A DNA stretch of 64,000 nt. It comes from Myxococcales bacterium (GTDB lineage Bacteria; Myxococcota_A; Polyangia; Polyangiales; Polyangiaceae). Below the pieces are notes generated by a model. The model had not been told where the DNA came from. It saw only the letters and a program-made list of their open reading frames with translations, and did no database searches. How positions within the stretch are numbered: position 1 is the first letter of the stretch; every line of letters starts with the position of its first letter. Positions 56,328 through 64,000 of the stretch are shown in pieces. The translations under genes and the position numbers were made by a program. The stretch is from contig JAYTOU010000024.1 of assembly GCA_043747615.1 (NCBI GenBank), forward strand, positions 32,001-96,000, written 5' to 3'.

Positions 56328-56979
56328 GGCTCGCTTCGCCTGTCGCTGCTCCGCACTACGCGTGATCTGGTTCGCGACGGTTACGGCCATCGCGCTCGAT
56401 GCGCAAGCCGAATCGCCTTTGATTCAGGGACATAGCGCACCGGATCGAGTGGCATCGAAGAGCGCCGGCCCGCGTCTGCAAGACTTCGCGGAGCAAACCG
56501 TGATGGTGATCGGTGCGAACGTCGGGATCGGTGCCACGCAGGCCACGGGGGATCTGCTCAACGTCAGCTGGGGCGTATCGGTCGAGCCTTCGGTCGAAGT
56601 CTTCATCTTTCGATCCGTGTCCCTCGGAGCGACGCTCAATCTCTCGTACGCCAACTCCAAGGATCGCGGCTCGGCGGTATCGTACGGCGTAACGCCGCGG
56701 ATCGGTTACGCGCTCCCCTTCGGCAAAAATGCGGGTTTCTGGCCGCGCCTCGGCCTGGGCATCCTGCGGGGAATCGCGAGCATCGACGACGCACCGGCGT
56801 TGCACGAGAGCGTGCTCCTCCTGAATTTATTTGCGCCGATGTACTTCATTCCTGTTGGGAACGTGCTCCTCGGGATCGGTCCGGTTGTGAGCACCGAGCT
56901 GGTCAGCCGGGTCGAGGGTGAGAGCCACGGGCTTCGAACGACGATCGGCTTTCAGACCGAGATCGCTGGCTGGCTCTGA
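56326..56979 (+). CDS. Outer-membrane beta-barrel protein, paralog of its divergent neighbour
   Basis: TPRIGY, FWPRLG, LGIGP, C-terminal GWL; start may be GTG at 56362. Confidence 0.65.
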   Translation: MARFACRCSALRVIWFATVTAIALDAQAESPLIQGHSAPDRVASKSAGPRLQDFAEQTVMVIGANVGIGATQATGDLLNVSWGVSVEPSVEVFIFRSVSLGATLNLSYANSKDRGSAVSYGVTPRIGYALPFGKNAGFWPRLGLGILRGIASIDDAPALHESVLLLNLFAPMYFIPVGNVLLGIGPVVSTELVSRVEGESHGLRTTIGFQTEIAGWL

Positions 56980-58381
56980 GGTACGCGTCCACGCCCGAAG
57001 CGACGCGCCTCCCGTCGGCGATCGCCCACACGACGAGTGACTGTCCGCGCGCCATGTCTCCGGCGGCGAAAACGCCTTCGACGCTCGTCGCTCCGGTCGG
57101 TGTGGTGCGTACGTTGCCGCGAGAGTCGAGAGCGACGCCGAGCTGATCGATGAGCGCGCCTTTTTCCGGACCGACGAAGCCCATCGCGAGAAGGACGAGC
57201 TCGCACGGAATCTCGAACGTGCTGTCCGGGATCTCGGAGACCTTTCCGCCTTGCAGCGTCACCCGGACTGCCTCGAGCGCACGAACGTGGCCCTCCGCGC
57301 CGGAGAATTTTTTCGTCATGACCGCCCAATCCCGGTTGGCGCCCTCCTCTTGCGACGTGGAGGTGCGGAGGATGAGCGGCCATTCCGGCCAGGGATTCGT
57401 GGGCAATCGGAGAAGCTCCGGCTTCGGCATGAGCTCGAGCTGGAGAACGCTCGCGGCGCCCTGACGGATCGACGTGCCCACGCAATCTGAGCCCGTGTCA
57501 CCCCCGCCGAGAACGATCACCCGCTTGCCGTGCGCGTCGATCGCCGTGCAGTCTTCACGCTTCACCGCCCCGCCCGCGGCGACTCGTTTGTTCTGCTGGG
57601 TGAGGAACTCCATGGCCAGCTCGATGCCTCCGAGCTCACGCCCTTCGATCACCAAGTCGCGCGCCTGACGTGCACCGGCCGCGAGGACCACCGCGTCGAA
57701 TCGGCTTCGGAGAGCGTCGCCTCCGATGTCTTGCCCGGCGTCGACGCTGGTCAAGAGCTCGACACCCTCGCTCTTGATCTGCGCGATGCGACGGTCGAGA
57801 AGCTCCTTCTCCATCTTAAAATCGGGGATGCCGTAGCGGAGAAGGCCCCCGAGGCGATCGTCTCGCTCGAAGACAGTGACGTCGTGACCTCGGCGGGCGA
57901 GCTGCTGCGCGACGGCGAGCCCTGCTGGCCCCGAACCAACGACAGCGACCGTGGACCCCGTGCGGCTCGAGGCGAGAACTGGCTCGAGCTCCTTCGAAAA
58001 GGCGACATCGGCGATGGCACGCTCCACGGCTTTGATCGTCACCGGTGCTCCGTGAATGTTGAGGACGCACGCCGCTTCGCACGGTGCGGGGCAGACCCGA
58101 CTGGTCACCTCCGGAAAATTATTTGTACTATGCAGACTCTCGAGCGCCTCGGCGTGCCGGCCGGTGTAAACGAGATCGTTCCACTCCGGAATGAGATTTC
58201 CGAGCGGGCACCCCTGGTGGCAGAACGGAATGCCGCAATCCATGCAGCGCGAGGCCTGGGCGCTCAGATCCTCATCGGACGCGGGGATCACCAGCTCGCG
58301 CCAGTCCTGAATGCGCGCTTCGATCGCTCGGTCTTTTTCTTTCTGGCGACCGAGCTTGAGGAACCCGCGGGGATCACCCAT
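56903..58381 (-). CDS. gltD: Glutamate synthase small subunit
   Basis: MGDPRGF, RCMDCGIPFC..CP, RVCPAPCE, GSGPAG, GGGDTG, GQSLVVWAI. Confidence 0.95.
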   Translation of the reverse strand: MGDPRGFLKLGRQKEKDRAIEARIQDWRELVIPASDEDLSAQASRCMDCGIPFCHQGCPLGNLIPEWNDLVYTGRHAEALESLHSTNNFPEVTSRVCPAPCEAACVLNIHGAPVTIKAVERAIADVAFSKELEPVLASSRTGSTVAVVGSGPAGLAVAQQLARRGHDVTVFERDDRLGGLLRYGIPDFKMEKELLDRRIAQIKSEGVELLTSVDAGQDIGGDALRSRFDAVVLAAGARQARDLVIEGRELGGIELAMEFLTQQNKRVAAGGAVKREDCTAIDAHGKRVIVLGGGDTGSDCVGTSIRQGAASVLQLELMPKPELLRLPTNPWPEWPLILRTSTSQEEGANRDWAVMTKKFSGAEGHVRALEAVRVTLQGGKVSEIPDSTFEIPCELVLLAMGFVGPEKGALIDQLGVALDSRGNVRTTPTGATSVEGVFAAGDMARGQSLVVWAIADGRRVASGVDAYLRASQRSRSESRSSFEARGSHPRPG

Positions 58382-61300
58382 TCGAAATCACGCGCAAGGT
58401 GCGGTTGCCGCCGGCCATGACTTTCTTGAACTCCGTCGGGACGACCTTCACGAAGCGCACGCGCGCGCCGCCCCACGCTGAAAGGAGGCTCGCCGCTTTT
58501 TCGCTCCGCGTATGGGCGACATGCGCTTCGAGCAGCTCGCGAATCTCGGCATCGTCGCCAGCGAGGACGGGCTCGAGCTCCACCATCGAACGGTTGCAGC
58601 GCGACGCAAAGCGCCCGTCTTCGTCGTAGACGTATGCGATCCCTCCGCTCATCCCGGCTCCGAAATTTCGACCGGTCGTACCGAGGACCGCCACCACGCC
58701 GCCCGTCATGTATTCGCAACCGTGATCGCCGATTCCTTCGACGACCGCGTGTGCACCACTGTTTCGAACGGCAAACCGTTCCCCTGCGCGCCCGGCAAAG
58801 AAGGCCATTCCGCTCGTCGCGCCGTAGAGGACGGTGTTGCCGATGATGACGTTCGCGTCGGCGCGGAAGAGCGACCGCGCAGGCGGACGGATGGCGATCA
58901 CCCCTCCCGACAGCCCTTTTCCAACGTAATCGTTTGCTTCACCCTCGAGCACGAGCAGCATGCCCTTCACGGCGAAAGCGCCGAAGCTTTGCCCTGCGGA
59001 GCCGGTGGCCTCGATGGACACCGTGCCGTCGGGGAGCCCGTCCGCTCCGTGTCTTCGCGCAAGCTCTCCGGCGAGACGAGCACCGAAAGCGCGATCGGAA
59101 TTGACGAGGGTGACCCGCACCGTGGACGGCTCGCGGTGCTTGAGGCTGATGCGGGCCCCTTCGAGAAGCTCGTCGTCGCTCGAGCCCGGCCGGATGATCT
59201 GGTCGTCGAACGAAGGCGTTGCGTCGCGCATCACGATGGGGTGGAGCACGTCGGAAAAATCGAGGAGGTTTGCTTTGGGGTGCAGCAGATCCCTCTTCGC
59301 CACGATGCATTTCGTGCGCCCGGTCATCTCGGCGACGGTGCGGAAACCGAGGGAAGCCATGATCCCGCGAAGCTCTTCGGCGACGAAGAAAAAGAAATTG
59401 ATGACGTGCTCCGGCTGCCCCTCGAACAGGGCGCGTAGGACGGGATCCTGAGTGGCCACGCCGACGGGGCATGTGTTGAGATGGCACTTTCGCATCATCA
59501 CGCAGCCGGAGGCGACGAGCGGCGCAGTAGCAAAGCCAAACTCGTCCGCGCCGAGAAGCGCTGCGAAGGCTACGTCTCGACCGGTCTTGAGCTGACCGTC
59601 GACCTGTAGGCGGACCCGCCCGCGAAGGCCATTGAGCTCGAGAATTTGCTGGGTCTCAGCGAGCCCGAGCTCCCACGGCGTCCCCGCGTGCTGAATGGAC
59701 GACAACGGTGAGGCGCCCGTGCCTCCGTCGTGCCCGGCGATGTGAATGGCGTCGGCGTGCGCCTTGGCGACACCGGCGGCGATCGTCCCCACGCCCGATT
59801 CGCTCACCAGCTTGACGCTCACCCGCGCACGCTCGTTCACGCTCTTCAGGTCGAAGATTAGCTGCGCGAGATCCTCGATCGAATAAATGTCGTGATGCGG
59901 CGGCGGCGATATGAGGGTTACCCCCGGCGTCGCGTGCCTGACTCTGGCAATGACCGCGTCGACCTTGTGGCCAGGAAGCTGACCGCCTTCACCAGGCTTG
60001 GCTCCCTGAGCGATTTTGATCTGCAGCTCGTCTGCGTTCACCAGGTAATGCGTCGTGACTCCGAAGCGCGCCGATGCCACCTGCTTGATGGCGCTTCGCC
60101 GCAAGTCCCCGTTTTCGTCGGGTAGAAACCGTGCCGCGTCCTCTCCACCTTCGCCGCTGTTGCTCTTGCCACCAATGCGGTTCATCGCGATGGCCAGGTT
60201 CTCGTGCGCTTCTTTGCTGATGCTGCCGAAAGACATGGCGCCGGTGGCGAAGCGCCGAACGATGGCTGCGGCGGGCTCCACTTCTTCGAGAAGGACGGGC
60301 GGACCGAATGGTTTGAAATCCCAGAGCCCGCGCAACGTGAAAGGCTGCGTTCCTTGATCGTTGATCTGGCGCGCGTACTGCGCGTAGGCGGCGGCGTCTT
60401 CCAGGCGGACTGCCCTCTGCAGATTGGCCACGGTCGACGGGCTCCACAGGTGCTTCTCGCCATCCACGCGCCACGCGTACACGCCGCCGACATCGAGAGG
60501 CCCGATGCGCTCGTCGGCAAACCCGTGCGCATGCCGCTCCAGCGCTTCTCGGGCGATCTCGCTGAGTCCAATTCCTCCGAGGCGCGACGGCGTACCCAGA
60601 AAATAGCGCTCGATCGTGTTTTTTCCGATGCCGATGGCCTCGAAAATTTGGGCGCCGTGATAGGAGGAGAGCGTGCTGATCCCCATCTTGGAGAGGATCT
60701 TGAGAAGCCCTTTCTTGAGCGCCTTCACGTAGTTCGTCGTGGCGGCAGCGGCGTCGAGCCCACCGAGGAGATCGGCGCGCGCCATCTCCTGGATGGCCTC
60801 GAAGGCAAGGTACGGATTCACGGCGCCAGCGCCATAACCGATGAGAAGCGCGATGTCGGCCACCTCGCGGGGCTCGCCGGATTCGACCAGGAGTCCGGCG
60901 TGCATCCGTTTACCGGCGCGAATGAGGCCGTGATGGACCGCTGAGATCGCCAGGAGACTCGGAATGGCCGCTCGGTCTTTGGCCACGCCGCGATCGCTGA
61001 GAATGAGGAGCGAGCATCCGCTTTCGATGGCCCGCAGAGCATCCGCCATGACGCGATCGAGCGCGCGGGCGAGGGCAGGACCGGGATCAGGATCGGCGTC
61101 GGCGTCGAAGAGGATCGAGATCGTCTCGGAGCGAAAGTCCGCGAGCGTGTTTCGTTTGAGCTGCGCAAGCGCGTCGTTGGACAGAATGGGGTGGGGTAGC
61201 TCTAGGAGCCGACACTGCCCAGGCGTCTCTGCGAGCAAGTTTCCTTCGCCCCCGAGGTAGCTCGTGAGCGACATCACGAGCTCTTCGCGGATCGGATCGA

Positions 61301-62879
61301 TCGGCGGGTTCGTCACCTGAGCGAACTGCTGCTTGAAGTAGCGAAAAAGAAGCTGAGGACGGACGCTGAGCACAGCGAGAGGCGCGTCGTTACCCATGCT
61401 ACCGGTGGCCTCCTCGCCCGTCGAAGCCATGGGCGCGAGGATCGTACGGAGATCCTCACGGGTGTAACCGAATGCTCGCTCGAGGCGCTCCCGCTCGTCG
61501 CGGCCAATCGAATACAAGCTCGGGACCTGCGGCAAATCGGCGAGATCGATCTTGTTCGATTTGATCCACTCCGCGTAGGGCTGTCCGGCGGCGACCTCTT
61601 GCTTGATGGCCTCGTCGTCCAAAATTCTTCCGCGCGCAGTGTCGACGAGGAACATCTTCCCCGGCTGGAGGCGGCCTTTTTCGAGAACGTCCGCCGGATC
61701 GAAGTCGAGCACACCCGCTTCGCTCGCGACGACGACGAGCCCGCTCTTGGTCACAAGCCAACGTCCAGGCCGTAGCCCGTTGCGATCGAGCGTCGCCCCA
61801 ATGAGCGCGCCGTCTGTGAAAAGAAGCGCCGCGGGACCATCCCACGGCTCGACGAGCGCCGCGTGGTACTCGTAAAACGCCCTCTTCGCAGGGGACATCT
61901 CGACTTGCGTCGACCACGCCTCGGGGACGAGCATCATCATCACGTGCGGAAGCGACCGCCCTCCGGCGACGAGAAAGTCGACCACGTTGTCGAGGGACGC
62001 CGAGTCGCTTCCGCCGGGTCGGATGATGGGCTTGAAGTCGGCGAGGTGCTCGACGAAGGTCTTGCTCTCGAGCATCGGCTCGCGCGCCGCCATCCATGTT
62101 TGGTTGCCGCGGAGCGTGTTGATCTCACCGTTGTGGGCGATGAGGCGGTACGGGTGGGCCCTCTCCCACGTCGGAAACGTGTTCGTGCTGAAGCGCGAGT
62201 GCACGAGAGCAAGGGAGCTCTTCACCTCCGCGTCACGCAGATCCTTGTAATAAAAAGCGTCGAGCCTGTCCGGGAGCGTCAGCCCTTTGTAGACAACGGT
62301 CTTGGAGGACAGGCTCGCCAAGTAGAAGTCGTCGTGCTCCACGAACGTCATCTTCGCGATCCGCCCGGCGCGTCTACGGATCATGAAAAGCGAGCGCTCG
62401 AAGACCGGACGCGGAGCGACGCGGCCGATGAAGAGCTGACTGATCACCGGTTGACTGGCCTGCGCTACGGGGCCGATCACCCTCGAGTCTACGGGCACGT
62501 CGCGCCAGGCGATGACCTTCTGGTTGTGGTAGCGGACGGCGTCTTCGAGGATGTGCTTCTGCGCCGCGTGCCGGTGGGGATCGCGCGATAAAAAAGCCAT
62601 CGCCACACCGTAGTCACCGGCGTTTGGAAGCTCGATGTCGTGGCGGGCGAGCGCACGCTCGTAGAACGCGCGCGGCAGCTGGAGCAAGATCCCCGAGCCG
62701 TCGCCGGAGTAAGGATCGCATCCGGCAGCTCCGCGATGAGCGAGGCGCCGCAAGATCTCGAGCCCCTTCACGACCACGTCGTGACTGGGCCGACGGTGGA
62801 GCTCAGCTACGAAGCCGAGCCCGCACGCATCGTGCTCGAACGCCGGATCGTAAAGCCCCTGAGCTTTGGGAAGCGGCAT
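58374..62879 (-). CDS. gltB: Glutamate synthase large subunit
   Basis: EHDACG, HSRFSTNT, HNGEINT, QFAQVTNPP, GAKPGEGG, CVMMRKCHLNTC, GXGXG domain. Confidence 0.97.
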   Translation of the reverse strand: MPLPKAQGLYDPAFEHDACGLGFVAELHRRPSHDVVVKGLEILRRLAHRGAAGCDPYSGDGSGILLQLPRAFYERALARHDIELPNAGDYGVAMAFLSRDPHRHAAQKHILEDAVRYHNQKVIAWRDVPVDSRVIGPVAQASQPVISQLFIGRVAPRPVFERSLFMIRRRAGRIAKMTFVEHDDFYLASLSSKTVVYKGLTLPDRLDAFYYKDLRDAEVKSSLALVHSRFSTNTFPTWERAHPYRLIAHNGEINTLRGNQTWMAAREPMLESKTFVEHLADFKPIIRPGGSDSASLDNVVDFLVAGGRSLPHVMMMLVPEAWSTQVEMSPAKRAFYEYHAALVEPWDGPAALLFTDGALIGATLDRNGLRPGRWLVTKSGLVVVASEAGVLDFDPADVLEKGRLQPGKMFLVDTARGRILDDEAIKQEVAAGQPYAEWIKSNKIDLADLPQVPSLYSIGRDERERLERAFGYTREDLRTILAPMASTGEEATGSMGNDAPLAVLSVRPQLLFRYFKQQFAQVTNPPIDPIREELVMSLTSYLGGEGNLLAETPGQCRLLELPHPILSNDALAQLKRNTLADFRSETISILFDADADPDPGPALARALDRVMADALRAIESGCSLLILSDRGVAKDRAAIPSLLAISAVHHGLIRAGKRMHAGLLVESGEPREVADIALLIGYGAGAVNPYLAFEAIQEMARADLLGGLDAAAATTNYVKALKKGLLKILSKMGISTLSSYHGAQIFEAIGIGKNTIERYFLGTPSRLGGIGLSEIAREALERHAHGFADERIGPLDVGGVYAWRVDGEKHLWSPSTVANLQRAVRLEDAAAYAQYARQINDQGTQPFTLRGLWDFKPFGPPVLLEEVEPAAAIVRRFATGAMSFGSISKEAHENLAIAMNRIGGKSNSGEGGEDAARFLPDENGDLRRSAIKQVASARFGVTTHYLVNADELQIKIAQGAKPGEGGQLPGHKVDAVIARVRHATPGVTLISPPPHHDIYSIEDLAQLIFDLKSVNERARVSVKLVSESGVGTIAAGVAKAHADAIHIAGHDGGTGASPLSSIQHAGTPWELGLAETQQILELNGLRGRVRLQVDGQLKTGRDVAFAALLGADEFGFATAPLVASGCVMMRKCHLNTCPVGVATQDPVLRALFEGQPEHVINFFFFVAEELRGIMASLGFRTVAEMTGRTKCIVAKRDLLHPKANLLDFSDVLHPIVMRDATPSFDDQIIRPGSSDDELLEGARISLKHREPSTVRVTLVNSDRAFGARLAGELARRHGADGLPDGTVSIEATGSAGQSFGAFAVKGMLLVLEGEANDYVGKGLSGGVIAIRPPARSLFRADANVIIGNTVLYGATSGMAFFAGRAGERFAVRNSGAHAVVEGIGDHGCEYMTGGVVAVLGTTGRNFGAGMSGGIAYVYDEDGRFASRCNRSMVELEPVLAGDDAEIRELLEAHVAHTRSEKAASLLSAWGGARVRFVKVVPTEFKKVMAGGNRTLRVISNG

Positions 62880-62922
62880 GTTTCGAGGCTATTATGGAGC
62901 CCGTTGACGCAGCGCGCCAGAA

Positions 62923-64000
62923 CTAGAAACCTCGCAAGCCGAAGGCGAGTGGCACGTACAAGCAATTGTTGTCGCCGGTGCCGGTGGTCACGAAATAGGC
63001 GGGGAGCGCGGAGAAGAGCCACTGTCCGTAGCGGGTCGTGAGCACCGCGTAGCTCACTTCGAGCTGGGGACTAAAGACGTAGTCGGTGTCGTAGCGATAG
63101 GTCGCGTTGTCTTGGACGACCTCGTGGATCGTCGCTCGCCCGCCTAGGAACCCGGCTCCGATCCACAGTGATGGGAGCGCGCGCACCGAGAAAGCAATGC
63201 CCATCGAGCCGATGCTGGTGAGCGGATTTCCCTCCGAGCCAACCGCTCCGATGGCGCGGAAGAAGAGCTCCGTCTTCTCCGTTATGGCGTAGCCGAGATC
63301 GAGCATGCCCCCAGAAGCGAGCCCAGCGGTGCTGTTGGTCTGACCCTTCGCATGACCGAACTGGTAGGGCACGAGAATGAAATGCACGCCGAACACGAAG
63401 TCGTCCGGTGCGGCGGGCGGCGCTGGTTTCGTCGGCAACGTTGGGGGCACATCGGCCTTCGGAGGCAGCGGCGGGCGCGCGATCGACACGCTTGCGATCT
63501 GCGTCGTCTCCACCGCATCGACGTCGGTCTGCCCGCGCCAGCCGTCCCCTTCCACAACAACGTGGTGATGCCCCACGGTGACGAGCAAGGTGGTCGGCGA
63601 AGCCTCGGCGATCGGCGTTCCATCCACGAAAATGCGGGCTCCGGGCGGATCGGTCTCGATGCGTACGCGTGGTGACCGGCCCTTGATCTGCGCGATGGCG
63701 AGGGCCGCGGCCGGCCCGTATTCCGCAGTGTCGCCCCCTTCGGCGAGGTACGCCTCGTAGTGGTCGATCGCCGCCTGGGGGTGGGCAAGGCGCTCCTCGG
63801 TGCGCGCGAGATTGTAGACGATTACGGCGGAGTGGTGCTCGGCCTCCGCGCGTCCGAAAGCTGCGCGTGCGCCCTCGAAGTCACCTTCTTGGAAGCGCTG
63901 CACTCCTTCGACGAAGTGCTTGCGCGCGTCGTCGACGGTGCCGTCTGCATGCGCGCTCGCGCACCACAGGACGGGCAAGAAGAGAAGACCCGCACCGACG
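62923..64000 (-). CDS. TPR plus PEGA domain protein (5' end beyond the window edge)
   Basis: ARKHFVEG..YNLAR..YEAYL; IETDPPGARIFVDG..VGHHHV; barrel-like C-terminus ending in F. Confidence 0.8.
   Translation of the reverse strand, partial: VGAGLLFLPVLWCASAHADGTVDDARKHFVEGVQRFQEGDFEGARAAFGRAEAEHHSAVIVYNLARTEERLAHPQAAIDHYEAYLAEGGDTAEYGPAAALAIAQIKGRSPRVRIETDPPGARIFVDGTPIAEASPTTLLVTVGHHHVVVEGDGWRGQTDVDAVETTQIASVSIARPPLPPKADVPPTLPTKPAPPAAPDDFVFGVHFILVPYQFGHAKGQTNSTAGLASGGMLDLGYAITEKTELFFRAIGAVGSEGNPLTSIGSMGIAFSVRALPSLWIGAGFLGGRATIHEVVQDNATYRYDTDYVFSPQLEVSYAVLTTRYGQWLFSALPAYFVTTGTGDNNCLYVPLAFGLRGF

Noticed and set aside
1..64000. Prophage, transposon or defence island
   Set aside because: No integrase, transposase, phage structural or recognisable defence genes, and no obvious composition shift

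Overview
GC-rich bacterial chromosomal window whose gene content points to a myxobacterium of the Polyangiales (Sorangium/Labilithrix-like; inference). The indicators are many Cys-rich lipoproteins, a PEGA/TPR protein, a PilZ-DUF4388 protein, a zf-HC2 Ser/Thr kinase with a Myxococcales-type sigma factor, and a ferritin-like lipoprotein. About 58 intact-looking CDS are supported, including smpB, ung, selO, an ABC-F ATPase, rhlE, gltB and gltD. I found no rRNA, tRNA, tmRNA, CRISPR array, integrase or transposase. The best candidate for an undescribed system is a 12-kb divergent envelope lipid-processing cluster (29438-41357). Leftward it encodes a Tat lipoprotein and a cholesterol-oxidase-like GMC enzyme. 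Rightward it encodes a lipoprotein GMC enzyme, an apparently dead lipase paralog (CYAVGG) next to an intact lipase (CHSLGG), a third lipoprotein sharing their Cys-rich N-terminal module, an MMPL/RND transporter, a LolA-like protein and an outer-membrane barrel. Other signals are pervasive leaderless-type promoters (TAnnnT-N6-start), two compact bidirectional promoters, a 31-bp palindromic tandem array, an A10 tract in an outer-membrane protein gene, two unusual domain fusions, and several internally deleted gene remnants, including a benzoate-CoA ligase collapsed to 178 aa. All functional calls come from motif recognition by eye, without database searches.
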